Origin: Candidatus Poribacteria bacterium
Lineage (GTDB): Bacteria > Poribacteria > WGA-4E > WGA-3G
NCBI GenBank assembly: GCA_965209095.1
Contig: OZ242381.1
Coordinates: 5,198,667-5,262,666, forward strand
Length of the DNA stretch: 64,000 nucleotides
Direction: 5' to 3'
In this document: positions 30,076-40,886 of the stretch, one piece after another
How the letters are laid out: the number at the start of each line of letters is the position of its first letter
How positions within the stretch are numbered: the stretch's first letter is position 1
Position numbers and translations under genes: made by a program
The notes under the pieces: generated by a model
Told to the model about the DNA's origin: nothing
Database searches by the model: none
What the model saw: only the letters and a program-made list of their open reading frames with translations

Positions 30076-33075
30076 ATGAAAAACGACGATGTTGAACTCA
30101 TCCGACGGATTCTTGATGACGATGATGAAACAGCATTCGCTGAACTTGTGGATAGATATCATAAACCGGTTCACGCGCTTGCGTGGCGAAAAATAGGCGA
30201 TTTTCACATTGCAGAAGATATCACGCAAGATGTTTTTCTTGCCATATATCAGAGACTTCACACTCTGAAAGATCCGAAACTTTTTTCTGGGTGGATGTAT
30301 GTGATCACGACACGTCTTTGTGCTACATGGATCCGAAAAAATCGGATAAAAACTCAACCTTTAGAGGAGACTGAGACAACGATGCTACAGAAAGACGCTT
30401 ATTCGCAACATGTCGCGGAAGAACGCGCAAAAACTGCGAATCAGACACAGCGCGATGTTGTGAAAAAACTGCTTGCGAAGTTGAAAGAGAGTGAACGCAC
30501 GGTGATGACGCTCCATTATCTTGGGGAAATGACGGTTGAGGAGATTAGTCGATTTTTGGGTGTGTCTGCGGGGACAATTAAAAGCCGTTTACAGCGGGCG
30601 CGGAATCGTTTACAAAAGGAGGAAACGATGATTAGAGAAGCACTTGAGCATTTTCAGATTTCACCGAATTTAACTACGAACATCATGCAGGAAATAGCGA
30701 GGTTGAAGCCAGGGTCACCTACCGGTAGCAAACCGATAATGCCGTGGGCGATTGCTGCATCAAGTTTTGTATTGATTATCTTGATGTTCGGTATAGGCAG
30801 CCAATATTTAGCACGTTTTCAGAAACCGTATAGTTTAGAGGCACAAGCTGAGATGACGGTAGAAATCATTGATGCCCCTATTGTTCAGAATATAGATGCA
30901 AAGCAAGACGATCTAAACCAACTTGGGAACACAAAAGCACCGAGTGTAAGAGATGCTAACGGTCAGAGGTCTGATGAAGTTTCATTAGCTGCGGCAGACG
31001 CTGAAGGGGAAGAAGCATCTACGCCAAAGCACGAGTGGATTCCATCTGGACCAATGTTTGGCAGTTCCACTCATGGTCTTTTGGCAACACCTGAAGGAGA
31101 TCTTTATACGTATATTTATGCTGATGAGGTGAAGGGGAATATCTACAAATTACCTGCCAATGGCAAAATATGGCAAAACATCTCTAACGTTGCGTCAATG
31201 TATGATTTTCCTCCGATATTTCAACAATCTATTATGAAGTGGAACAGAACGTTGTATTTTTTACCCGCTTCTGAACTTTACGAGTCAACTGATGATGGCA
31301 AAACATGGGATCTACTTTACGCTTGGGAGGAAAAAGATCAGCGTCCGATTGCGTTGATCTTTACGGATGCCACATTTTATATCGCTTTTTACACCGACGT
31401 TTTTAAGTCCCAAGATTTAGGCAAAACGTGGAAAAGTATTGGTGATGGGTTGACAGAGATTAACGCCTTAGTTAAGGTAAAAAATACGCTTTTTGCTGGA
31501 ACAGAAGATGGATTCTACCGACTGGATGGCAACGGTTGGAAACGTATGAAATTTCCAGAGGCTATCAAAGAAGTGTATTCAGTTGCTACCAATCAAGAAC
31601 GGGTCTATGTGTTGGCAGAATTTAGTGGGGTCCAGCTTAATCCTGGAAAAGTGGCACGAGGACATGAACGTGGATGGGGAGTGTTTGGCACAAGTAATCT
31701 GGGAAATTCATGGCTTGATATAACCCCTATAAACGCATGGGCAGTAAATGGCTTTATCCCCGATGCTAAACTTGTTGCTGCCGGTGAAACATTGATAATA
31801 ATGGGGAGAGGAAGGGTACGTTCTGAAGATGGTGGCATTACATGGTTGCCTCCACAATTAGCAGACACCTCACCTCTTATGGATAGTAGAAGACTTGCTA
31901 CAGTAGTGAATACAAACACCATTTATGTTGAGAGTAAAGATGGACTCTATCGTTCTACTGATAGGGGTAAATCGTGGAGCATGGTGAATGTCACTCCGAG
32001 TATGGATACGGGAGATATATATAATCTAATCGTACGTCCGGGAGGCAATAAAGCACAAAATAGACTGCCGACTTTGTACGGGAGGATGGGAGGAGATGTA
32101 GTAAGAACTACAGATAACGGAAAGTCTTGGATGAAGGTGCCTGTTGAAATATCTATGGCAAAATCTCACAGAGAACAATACCCAAGTATCAATCGCATAG
32201 TCGAAACTGGTGGTGTAATCTATGCAAGTGTCCATTATAACGAAAGTGGAGATAGGGTGAGTCTATATCGTCTGTCTGCAGATAGTAGGATGTTTGTACC
32301 TATTCAAGAGATGCCTCAATTTGACTCAGACCACTTTGAACCCCTGGAACGTACACTGTTTCGGAATCCTTCTGTGGAACACTTGCAAGATAATTTCTCT
32401 GGAGCAGCAGAGTTCTTCAAACAATTGGTTAATGCGGATAATCGGACACAACGGCACCTAATGCAGGAACGTTTAGATGGTGCGTTTGCTGTCAGTGGTG
32501 AGATATTTTATTTGGAATACAATTTTAAACTCTTCCGATGGGAACGAGGAAATACTGAATGGTACGAGACCGAACAGGAAGAAACCGTTGAATTGTCATT
32601 AGACATAGCAAGGAAAGATCTCAAACTCGCTGCTTCTGGGGATACTGTCTATGTTGGGAAACGGGATGGGCATCTCGTCGTTTCGTATGATAAAGGAAAT
32701 AATTGGATTGATCTCACCCCCGCTCTCACTCTCGCCCTGCCATTTTCTGTGAACACTTTCAAAGATATTGTGGTTGCTGGGGACACCGTATATGTAGCAA
32801 CAGATGCCGGCATCATAATAACAGATGACGGAAGAAGTTGGCGGACTATCACTGATAAAGATGGTTTCAATCTCGTCATGGACCGTTTGACTGCTGATGG
32901 AACAACCCTATATGGTATTAGAAAAAACACAGGTATCTTTCGGTTGGATAACGGTGTCTGGAAAAAACTTGTTTCAGATATACCTGACCGTATTACTTCT
33001 CTCGCTGTTGAGGGTAACACTCTTTACGTTGGCACAGACAACAACGGTATGTTTCATTTTAATCTTGAAAAATAA
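30076..33075 (+). CDS. ECF sigma factor fused to a TM helix and a large BNR/beta-propeller domain
   Basis: AEDITQDVFL and GTIKSRLQRAR sigma regions; TM near aa 222-243; repeated SxDxGxxW Asp-boxes. Confidence 0.9.
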   Translation: MKNDDVELIRRILDDDDETAFAELVDRYHKPVHALAWRKIGDFHIAEDITQDVFLAIYQRLHTLKDPKLFSGWMYVITTRLCATWIRKNRIKTQPLEETETTMLQKDAYSQHVAEERAKTANQTQRDVVKKLLAKLKESERTVMTLHYLGEMTVEEISRFLGVSAGTIKSRLQRARNRLQKEETMIREALEHFQISPNLTTNIMQEIARLKPGSPTGSKPIMPWAIAASSFVLIILMFGIGSQYLARFQKPYSLEAQAEMTVEIIDAPIVQNIDAKQDDLNQLGNTKAPSVRDANGQRSDEVSLAAADAEGEEASTPKHEWIPSGPMFGSSTHGLLATPEGDLYTYIYADEVKGNIYKLPANGKIWQNISNVASMYDFPPIFQQSIMKWNRTLYFLPASELYESTDDGKTWDLLYAWEEKDQRPIALIFTDATFYIAFYTDVFKSQDLGKTWKSIGDGLTEINALVKVKNTLFAGTEDGFYRLDGNGWKRMKFPEAIKEVYSVATNQERVYVLAEFSGVQLNPGKVARGHERGWGVFGTSNLGNSWLDITPINAWAVNGFIPDAKLVAAGETLIIMGRGRVRSEDGGITWLPPQLADTSPLMDSRRLATVVNTNTIYVESKDGLYRSTDRGKSWSMVNVTPSMDTGDIYNLIVRPGGNKAQNRLPTLYGRMGGDVVRTTDNGKSWMKVPVEISMAKSHREQYPSINRIVETGGVIYASVHYNESGDRVSLYRLSADSRMFVPIQEMPQFDSDHFEPLERTLFRNPSVEHLQDNFSGAAEFFKQLVNADNRTQRHLMQERLDGAFAVSGEIFYLEYNFKLFRWERGNTEWYETEQEETVELSLDIARKDLKLAASGDTVYVGKRDGHLVVSYDKGNNWIDLTPALTLALPFSVNTFKDIVVAGDTVYVATDAGIIITDDGRSWRTITDKDGFNLVMDRLTADGTTLYGIRKNTGIFRLDNGVWKKLVSDIPDRITSLAVEGNTLYVGTDNNGMFHFNLEK

Positions 33076-33382
33076 GAACGTAAAGACTATAATGTTTTAA
33101 ATAATATTGAAAGAGGTCTTACCATTCGGTGCCATTGTTGATTTAGAGAATGTATTGTTTTCTAAAACTATCTGTTTGCCAACTAAACCGAAGTAGAATA
33201 ACAGCAACCTAATGTATAGTGAACTTTAGAATTAATTGAACTCTTCTGTAGAAGGGGACTCTGCATGCACAATCTAAGAGAATGTGCTACGTATAACCGC
33301 ACAAGCGGGTGTGTAAAGTTTTTGTCACCTTAGAAAAACACAGGACGACAGAAATTCAGGAGATTATCAACAATATCTAAAA

Positions 33383-33570
33383 TAACCCAAGTTGCTACCT
33401 ATTGCACAGTTTCAACCATTCTACTCGTGATGTCCAATCTTTCGCTCCAGCGGAGCGATATGTTTATAGCACGCACATCGTTTCATTCTACCGCTCCAGC
33501 GGAGCGGTATGTGCAAAATTCTGAACGCTCTTAGCAGGAGATTATATTGTTTAGGTAGCAACTTGTGTTA
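33383..33570. mobile_element. 188-bp MITE (family C) nested in MITE A
   Basis: IR TAACCCAAGTTGCTACCTA / TAGGTAGCAACTTGTGTTA; absent from copy 1; inverted copy at 41983-42171. Confidence 0.8.
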
Positions 33571-33641
33571 AAATAACATAGATTCTCTATTATTTTTACT
33601 TGACAATCACAAATATGCATAGTATACTTAACATGTGTTTA

Positions 33642-33944
33642 GCAGATATGTACAATTCAACTACGCAAGTTTAGAAACTCAAAGAGGCGACTCAGACTGA
33701 GAAATCTTATGACAGGACTTACGCATTCCCCCTTGATAAGGGGGGTTAGGGGGGTTAAAAGCCGTTATTTCAATGATATTTCAGTGATTTAACCCCGCCA
33801 AATGCCTTAATGGCATTTGTAGCGTTGATTTACTAAATCCCCCTTATCAGTGGGACTTTAAGAAAAACTGCGTAAGTCCTGTTATAATATAACCATGATT
33901 TCGCACATCACGATTGTTCTAAGCAAGTTCTGAACATATCATGA
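33642..33944. mobile_element. 303-bp insertion in MITE A containing a 171-bp element (33712-33882)
   Basis: Absent from copy 1; inner perfect 14-bp IR ACAGGACTTACGCA / TGCGTAAGTCCTGT; related fragments at ~42361-42441 and ~54750-54820. Confidence 0.75.
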
Positions 33945-34472
33945 AGGACAATAGAGGCATAGTCGCACAATGCATTGCTCCTCAGACATTACAACAGAAA
34001 AGGTAATTTCAAGAAGAAAATTAGTCCAAACCAGCAGAAGAAATATTATGTTAACGCAGGACAATAGAAGTGAAAAACAGACCGCATCAGAATACACCAC
34101 ACTGATCAATCGGATTATGATGTGGTGTCCATATACCTCAAATAATACATATCAGGACACCCAAAACTTAAATCACAAAACGTACCGAATCGAAAAATTG
34201 AAATTTCCAGAAATATACACGAAAATCATTCACAAACCCATATACAGACTGGACTCACAGCACCGTACCAAAAACGTACCAAAAACGTACCGTAATCCGA
34301 AAAAACGTACCAAACGGTACCTTTTCAAAGATCAAAAATGCAATGTCCTTTCAAGAAATTGATGACTATAGTGACAAAAACTTTACACACCCCGCACAAG
34401 TTATCGGCATGTGCTACAATCGGACAGAAAATGTCTCATTAATTTCAAGGTTTACTATAATTGGAAACACTA

Positions 34473-35054
34473 ATGACATCTGTAGCAATCCAAACCCAAC
34501 TTTCTCCTGAGGAGTACATCACTCGGGAACGCAAAGCGATTACCAAAAGTGAATATGTGAGCGGCAAGATTATTGCAGTGGCAGGAGCGAGTTACCAACA
34601 TACTGTCATTACTATGAACATATCGGGAGAACTATACGGACAACTGAAGGATCGAGAATGTACGGTTCATACCAACGATATGCGTGTGAAAGCCAGTGCT
34701 ACAAGTTCCTATTTCTATCCTGATATTGTTGTCGTCTGTGATAAACCGCGTTTTGAAGATAATACCTTTGACATACTGCTCAATCCGATTGTCATAATAG
34801 AAGTGCTTTCAGCTTCAACGGAAGACGATGACCGAATAGATAAATTCTCACATTATCAGAAACTTACAACGCTACAGGAATATATCCTTGTTTCACAAGA
34901 CGAAGCGCACGTTGAACATTATAAACGTCATGGAACATTGTGGAAACCTACCGAATTCCGATCACTTGAAAATGTGTTATCTCTTACTTCAATAGTTTGT
35001 GAGTTGTTTCTAACAGATATTTATAGGCGTATTAATTTTACTGAGAATCAGTAA
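34473..35054 (+). CDS. Uma2 family endonuclease-fold protein
   Basis: SPEEY...KSEY, YPDIVV, IEVLSAST and LQEYILVSQD motifs. Confidence 0.92.
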   Translation: MTSVAIQTQLSPEEYITRERKAITKSEYVSGKIIAVAGASYQHTVITMNISGELYGQLKDRECTVHTNDMRVKASATSSYFYPDIVVVCDKPRFEDNTFDILLNPIVIIEVLSASTEDDDRIDKFSHYQKLTTLQEYILVSQDEAHVEHYKRHGTLWKPTEFRSLENVLSLTSIVCELFLTDIYRRINFTENQ

Positions 35055-35130
35055 TAGACGCTACTATTCCATTGCAGATTATATATAATGACCTTGAAAT
35101 CAGAAATTGTTTTTGTTTAAGGAGGCGTTC

Positions 35131-36186
35131 ATGCAGATTGTATCTCATGTTGTATTGAGAAAGTTTGTATACGAAATTTATCGTGGGGCAGGAGGCACCG
35201 AAGAAGATGCCCGTATCGTTAGTGACCATGTGGTTGATTCTAATCTGGCAGGACATGATTCACACGGAGTCATCAACGCACCGAACTACATTGGTGGAAT
35301 GGGAGGTGGTTCATCAGCGGATAAGATGGAAATTGTCAGAGAGAGCGGGGCAGCGACGGTTATCAATGTTAACGGTGCACTCGGTATGGTTGCGGCACGA
35401 AAAGCAATGGAGATGGCAGTAGAGAAAGCGAAGACTTGTACTATCGGTGCAGTCGGTTTACATCGGTGTGGACATGCTGGTCGTATGGGTGAATATCCTC
35501 CGATTGCTGCGCGTGCTGGGATGATCGGTATCGTTATGCTAAATGGTGGTGGTAGGTTTATGCACCCGCACGGGGGTACATCCCGTAGGTTGCCACCGAA
35601 TCCGATTGCGATTTCTGTCCCGCGTGCAAATGGTGAACCACTTTTACTTGATATGACGTTGAGTGTAGTAGCGGGTGGGAAGTTCCTTGTACAGATTGCC
35701 CGCGGGGAACCGATTCCTGAGGGGTGGATGATTGATGCTGAAGGCAATCCTTTGACTGATCCAGATGCATTTCAAAAACGAGGAAGTGATACTGCAGTTA
35801 TGCCGTTGGGTGGTTTCCAGTTCGGACACAAAGGCTTTGGTCTCGGGGTGATGATAGATGCCATCGCAGGTGGACTTTCTTGGGCAGGATGTAGTCGTGA
35901 ACAACCTACACGGGGTGCAAGCGGAATCGTGATGTTTGCAATAGAAATTGAGGATTTTATTGACTTAGTTGACTATGAACAAGAGATTGAATATCTTGTG
36001 GAGTGGGTAAAGTCATCAGCAAAGATGCCGGGTGTTGATGAAATTTATGTTCCAGGTGAATTTGAAGAACGTAGTCGTGAAAAACGGATAAAGGAAGGGA
36101 TACCGATAGAAGAACCAACATGGGATAGACTTGTGGAGGCAGCAAAACGTTATGATGTTGATATACCCAGTTCATTGTTACCTTAA
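35131..36186 (+). CDS. Ldh_2 family oxidoreductase
   Basis: GHDSHGV, HAGRMGEY and GHKGFGL motifs; AGGAGG RBS. Confidence 0.92.
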   Translation: MQIVSHVVLRKFVYEIYRGAGGTEEDARIVSDHVVDSNLAGHDSHGVINAPNYIGGMGGGSSADKMEIVRESGAATVINVNGALGMVAARKAMEMAVEKAKTCTIGAVGLHRCGHAGRMGEYPPIAARAGMIGIVMLNGGGRFMHPHGGTSRRLPPNPIAISVPRANGEPLLLDMTLSVVAGGKFLVQIARGEPIPEGWMIDAEGNPLTDPDAFQKRGSDTAVMPLGGFQFGHKGFGLGVMIDAIAGGLSWAGCSREQPTRGASGIVMFAIEIEDFIDLVDYEQEIEYLVEWVKSSAKMPGVDEIYVPGEFEERSREKRIKEGIPIEEPTWDRLVEAAKRYDVDIPSSLLP

Positions 36187-36266
36187 CTACATTTAGACAT
36201 TGTCGAAATCAAACTTTAAAAATTCTAAACTGAAATCTAAACTCACATATTCAAGGGAGAAGACCG

Positions 36267-36920
36267 ATGAAAAACTTAGGTGTTCTATTCATTCTGCTTA
36301 TTAGTGTTTTAGGGTGTGCTGTCCTAAATCAACCGACTGTTGAGTTAAAGCCGTCACAACTTACAAGTCAAACTAATCCTGAACTTGTAGATGGAAATTT
36401 GGATACTGTAAGCACATTCAACATTGATGGGTATCTTGAGAAAGGCTATGAGGTAATTAGCAATCAGATACAAAGTGGGAATGATTTAGATGAATTGAGA
36501 TATGTCACAAGTATTAAGGACGGTTTTAGAACAGAAGCAGTGATAAAATTGGATGCTCCGACTTATATAACATATATTGAGATATATCCTGAATCTCGCA
36601 TCCCAAAGTTAGCTTTGATGACAACTTTGGATGACCCTCCAAAGTTCGCAACATCTTTTGAAGCGGTGCGTGATAAACAGCATGCTAACATAGATAGCAA
36701 ACAACCTATCAAGATTGAGATTAATCGTGAACTCCTATACTTACGAATGACTGCTGATGGTATTCAAGATAAAAAGAATTCTGTGCGTGTTGCAGATGAG
36801 AAAAGTCACTTTGGCGGCAGAGGTAAAAAATCAACAGGGAATACGGAAACTCGCGTTCAGATTCCATTAAAAGGTGCTTCAATCCGGGAGGTAAAATTTT
36901 ATGCTCGTAAGAAACTGTAA
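36267..36920 (+). CDS. Hypothetical lipoprotein (possible discoidin-like fold)
   Basis: Lipobox VLGC; LVDGNLDT...IREVKFY. Confidence 0.7.
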   Translation: MKNLGVLFILLISVLGCAVLNQPTVELKPSQLTSQTNPELVDGNLDTVSTFNIDGYLEKGYEVISNQIQSGNDLDELRYVTSIKDGFRTEAVIKLDAPTYITYIEIYPESRIPKLALMTTLDDPPKFATSFEAVRDKQHANIDSKQPIKIEINRELLYLRMTADGIQDKKNSVRVADEKSHFGGRGKKSTGNTETRVQIPLKGASIREVKFYARKKL

Positions 36921-37530
36921 TCCCCACATTATCGGGGTAATGTTATTACTTTTCGTTATTCAGGGATGTGCCGTGCTTCAGAATACCCCTGTCGTTGAAC
37001 TTGATCCATCGCGTCTCACGTGTGATGTTAATCCAGAGATGGTAGATGGGGATCTACAAACGGTAGGAGTGTTTAGGGCAAACGGTTCAATTCGAAAGTT
37101 ATATCACAAGGAAGTTAAGGTAGGTGCCACTACGAATATAGGTGATACTCAGACAAAACATGATGGTTCTTTAAAGACAGATACACTCATAAAACTGGAT
37201 AAACTAACTTACGTTGCTTATATAGAAATACATGCGGGTTCTGATATACCCAAAATTGCAGTTGACTTAACTGTAGAAGAGAAATCACCAAATTGGAATG
37301 ATTCGTTTGTGCCTATAGTGGATAAACGACACACAGATATTAAAAATCGGCAAGTCGTAAGGTTCAATATTAGACAAGAAGTGTTATATTTTCGAATAAC
37401 TGCCGATGGAATTGAGGATCGTCAAAATAGAAAGAATATTACAAGTAACGATCCTAACTATTCTCATGAAATTGTTACGCCTTTGAAGGGTGCTAAAATC
37501 CGTGAAGTCAAAATTTACGAACGGTTGTGA
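36901..37530 (+). CDS. Paralogous hypothetical lipoprotein
   Basis: IQGC lipobox; MVDGDLQT...RITADGIED...PLKGAKIREVKIY. Confidence 0.7.
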   Translation: MLVRNCNPHIIGVMLLLFVIQGCAVLQNTPVVELDPSRLTCDVNPEMVDGDLQTVGVFRANGSIRKLYHKEVKVGATTNIGDTQTKHDGSLKTDTLIKLDKLTYVAYIEIHAGSDIPKIAVDLTVEEKSPNWNDSFVPIVDKRHTDIKNRQVVRFNIRQEVLYFRITADGIEDRQNRKNITSNDPNYSHEIVTPLKGAKIREVKIYERL

Positions 37531-37538
37531 GAAACTGC

Positions 37539-37567
37539 TTGAATTCTGTTTAACATTATTGTATAAT
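37539..37567 (+). promoter_or_regulatory. Sigma70-type promoter upstream of phoH
   Basis: TTGAAT-N17-TATAAT. Confidence 0.5.
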
Positions 37568-37600
37568 ATGAAAAGTTGGACCAACTCCGAAGAAAATCGT

Positions 37601-37762
37601 TTATAGTAAACTTTAGAATTAATTGAACATTATGAGCAATTCGTTCAGAAAACCGAAACTAACGCAGGTGCTGTAGCATAACCTGTTAGGTTGTGTTCCG
37701 TTTCTGCACAACCTAACAGGTTATGCTACAAAATGCCACTTTAATTCTAAATGTCACTATAG
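37601..37762. mobile_element. 162-bp element family B, copy 2
   Basis: Near-identical to 25992-26153. Confidence 0.85.
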
Positions 37763-37930
37763 TTCTGTTATATGTCGTCCTGTATATTTTCGTTTATTTC
37801 TTTCTACAAACTCTACAAAACCGTGTTAGGTTTAGCACATAATTTTAGAGCACGCTTACAAAGCGCACCTACCGTTTATATGCTATGTGTTAGGTTTAGC
37901 ACATAACCTACTTGGAGGATCAAAACCCGA

Positions 37931-38938
37931 TTGGAAAAACAAACATTCAAGGGTGTTCCTATACAGAACAACGATGAGGTCCAAGCTCTCTTTGGTCAAA
38001 GTGATGCCTTTTTAAAAATGATTGAAGATGATTTTGATGTGCGCGTTGTTTTGAAAAGCGATAGTATCGCTGTCCTTGGTGAAAACCAAAAAAAGGTCAA
38101 TAAAGTTGTGGCAGTGTTGGAATCTTTACTTCACCGTATCCGAAAAGGTGAACGTATCCAGGCAACTGATGTTAACTATGAAATTCGAGCATCGGAAGCA
38201 GATGAATCCAGCATTGATAATCATAGTCCAGCAGAATCCATACCTGTGTTTTCAAAACGTGGTGTCATCCGCCCGAAAACAGCCGGACAGAAACGTTATG
38301 TTGAAGCGATCAAACACAATGACCTTGTCTTTGGTATCGGGCCGGCGGGGACAGGTAAAACATATCTCGCTATGGCAATGGCTGTTTCTGCCCTTAAGAA
38401 CGGACAGGTGAGTCGTATCATCTTGACTCGCCCTGCTGTTGAAGCGGGTGAACGGCTTGGTTTTTTACCGGGTGATATTGCAGCGAAGGTGCATCCATAT
38501 TTACGACCATTATACGATGCGTTGTATGATATGATGCCACCTGATGCCCTTGACAAATATATTGAACGGAATATCATTGAAGTAGCACCGATTGCATTCA
38601 TGCGCGGGAGAACACTGAACAATTCCTTTGTTGTTCTTGATGAAGCACAAAATGCTACTATTGAACAGATGAAGATGTTCTTGACACGGCTCGGGTTTGA
38701 TTCAAAAGCCGTAATAACGGGGGACATAACGCAAACCGATTTGCCTACACATAAAGTTTCTGGCCTTGCAGATGCACAAAAGGTACTTGATGGTATCAAA
38801 GGGATTGAATTCATATACTTTTCTAAAGTTGATGTAGTACGGCATGAGCTGGTCCAACGCATCATAGAAGCTTATGAACGGTCAACACATCCACAAACTA
38901 AACAGATATCTCCAGAAGCAGAAGATACCGAGGCATAA
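37931..38938 (+). CDS. phoH: PhoH family ATPase
   Basis: GPAGTGKT, LGFLPGD, MRGRTL and LDEAQN motifs. Confidence 0.95.
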   Translation: MEKQTFKGVPIQNNDEVQALFGQSDAFLKMIEDDFDVRVVLKSDSIAVLGENQKKVNKVVAVLESLLHRIRKGERIQATDVNYEIRASEADESSIDNHSPAESIPVFSKRGVIRPKTAGQKRYVEAIKHNDLVFGIGPAGTGKTYLAMAMAVSALKNGQVSRIILTRPAVEAGERLGFLPGDIAAKVHPYLRPLYDALYDMMPPDALDKYIERNIIEVAPIAFMRGRTLNNSFVVLDEAQNATIEQMKMFLTRLGFDSKAVITGDITQTDLPTHKVSGLADAQKVLDGIKGIEFIYFSKVDVVRHELVQRIIEAYERSTHPQTKQISPEAEDTEA

Positions 38939-38943
38939 AGGTT

Positions 38944-39393
38944 TTGACCGATATTACTAATATCAGTAGCAATACGACATTTGATGTAGAAAAAGTTGTA
39001 CGGGCAGTGTCAGAAACGCTGATAGCACATAATTCAGAAGAGTGCGAGGTAAGCGTTTTATTGACAGACGATCCTCACATGACACAACTCAATCGTGAAT
39101 ATAGAGAAATTGATGCCCCAACTGATGTATTAGCCTTTGCGATGCAAGAAGGTGAGGATAACAATTCCCTTAATACAAATATTCTTGGAGATGTCGTTAT
39201 CTCGCTGGAAACTGCAGAACGTCAAGCTAAAGAAGAAACGCATTCGCTTGAAGAAGAGGTAGCGTTCCTCACAGTTCATGGTGTGCTTCATTTGCTTGGT
39301 TATGACCATCAAACGCATAATGAAGCCACTGCAATGTTTGAAAAACAGGATGTTATTCTTCAACGTCTAAAATTGAAGCAATCAACGAAATGA
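38944..39393 (+). CDS. ybeY: rRNA maturation RNase YbeY
   Basis: HGVLHLLGYDH and PTDVLAF motifs. Confidence 0.95.
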   Translation: MTDITNISSNTTFDVEKVVRAVSETLIAHNSEECEVSVLLTDDPHMTQLNREYREIDAPTDVLAFAMQEGEDNNSLNTNILGDVVISLETAERQAKEETHSLEEEVAFLTVHGVLHLLGYDHQTHNEATAMFEKQDVILQRLKLKQSTK

Positions 39394-39449
39394 TGTAATA
39401 GATTCACATAGAAAGAATATTAGAAATACACGGAGGTGTTATTTTAGGA

Positions 39450-40724
39450 TTGGATGACCTACATATAGTTACAAGATTAGTTCTTTTAGGAGTTCTGTTA
39501 ATTTTAAATGCGTTGTTTTCAGCTGCAGAAGCGTTGCTTGCCCGTTTGACGAAAGCGGATATTCTTAATTTTGCGGAGGAAGGCGGCAAACGTTATGAGG
39601 TGCTGACTTCGCTTTTACGCCATCCAAGACGTTATTCGTTGACCATTATCACGGTCAAGATACTCCTGATAGTGGCAAGCGTTGTCTTGTTTACGACATT
39701 TTGGAACAACCGCGTACTGAGTGGTGGTCTCGCTGCGTTGTGTCTTGTCGTTTTCACAGAATTGTTTCCAAAAAACTATATCCAAAATAGCTCCAGCGGA
39801 ACGACTATTCAGGCATTACGTGCTTTGCGTGTCGTCTATTGGGGCGGTTTTGTTATATTAATACCGTTAAATTTTCTCGTAAATCTCATCGTGCGTATCT
39901 GTGGTGGTAAGATTACATCTGCCCAGGACAGTCTTGTTTCTCCAGAGGTATTGGAAACGCTGGATAATGTTGCAGATATTCAGGAGATTTTAGAACCGGA
40001 TGACCGTGAAATGATTTCTCGGATTTTAGACCTACCAGATAAAGTCGCAAGAGAAATTATGGTTGCACGAACTGATGTGGTATGCCTTGATGTTGAGACA
40101 TCTGCCGATGAAGTGCTACAGACGACGATTGCATGTAGGCATACGCGGATCCCCATATATGAAGAGACAATTGATAACATCATCGGTATTTTGCATGTGA
40201 AAGATATGTTGGATTGTTGGGCAGATGACAAACCGATTAACCTTCGTGAACTGATAGTTGGTCGCACACCGTTTTTCACACCAGAAAGCAAGAAGATATC
40301 TGAACTATTCCGAGAACTAAGAGAACATAAACAACACATTTCCATAGTTGTTGATGAATACGGCGGTACAGCGGGAATTATAACACTTGAAAACATAATT
40401 GAAGAAATCGTCGGTGAAATCCATGACGAAGACGAAGCAGATGAACAGGATGCCTTCATTCAAATTGATACGAACACCTATTCCGTTGATGCCAGATTGA
40501 ACCTTGCTGAATTAAATGAAAAACTTGAAACAGAACTTGAAGCGGAAAATATTGATACAATTGGTGGATTTATTGTAGACCACATGGGTCGCGTTCCTGA
40601 AGTTGATGCTATTTTCACGTATCGTGGCATTGAATTTACGATATTAGAAGCAGATGAACGTAGGATCCATCGCATTCAAATTCAGATGCCGAAAAATGCA
40701 AGCAATAATGAGGATTCAGAATAA
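39450..40724 (+). CDS. Hemolysin/CorC-family DUF21-CBS protein
   Basis: FSAAE, TRIPIY, VVDEYGGTAG and CorC_HlyC tail. Confidence 0.92.
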   Translation: MDDLHIVTRLVLLGVLLILNALFSAAEALLARLTKADILNFAEEGGKRYEVLTSLLRHPRRYSLTIITVKILLIVASVVLFTTFWNNRVLSGGLAALCLVVFTELFPKNYIQNSSSGTTIQALRALRVVYWGGFVILIPLNFLVNLIVRICGGKITSAQDSLVSPEVLETLDNVADIQEILEPDDREMISRILDLPDKVAREIMVARTDVVCLDVETSADEVLQTTIACRHTRIPIYEETIDNIIGILHVKDMLDCWADDKPINLRELIVGRTPFFTPESKKISELFRELREHKQHISIVVDEYGGTAGIITLENIIEEIVGEIHDEDEADEQDAFIQIDTNTYSVDARLNLAELNEKLETELEAENIDTIGGFIVDHMGRVPEVDAIFTYRGIEFTILEADERRIHRIQIQMPKNASNNEDSE

Positions 40725-40734
40725 GTTAAAAAAA

Positions 40735-40763
40735 TTGACAAAGTTGAATAGGGAGGGTATAAT
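40735..40763 (+). promoter_or_regulatory. Consensus sigma70 promoter for tRNA-Pro
   Basis: TTGACA-N17-TATAAT, 10 nt before the tRNA. Confidence 0.85.
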
Positions 40764-40773
40764 TAAAGCGAAA

Positions 40774-40848
<75 letters not shown>

Positions 40849-40886
40849 TTTTATCCCACCTTTTACCACACCGAAAGACATTTATT

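Larger units (their letters stand above)
33307..34392. mobile_element. MITE family A copy 2 with nested insertions; TSD CGCACAAG(C/T)
   Basis: Same TIRs and body as 14735-15332 plus two insertions. Confidence 0.85.
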
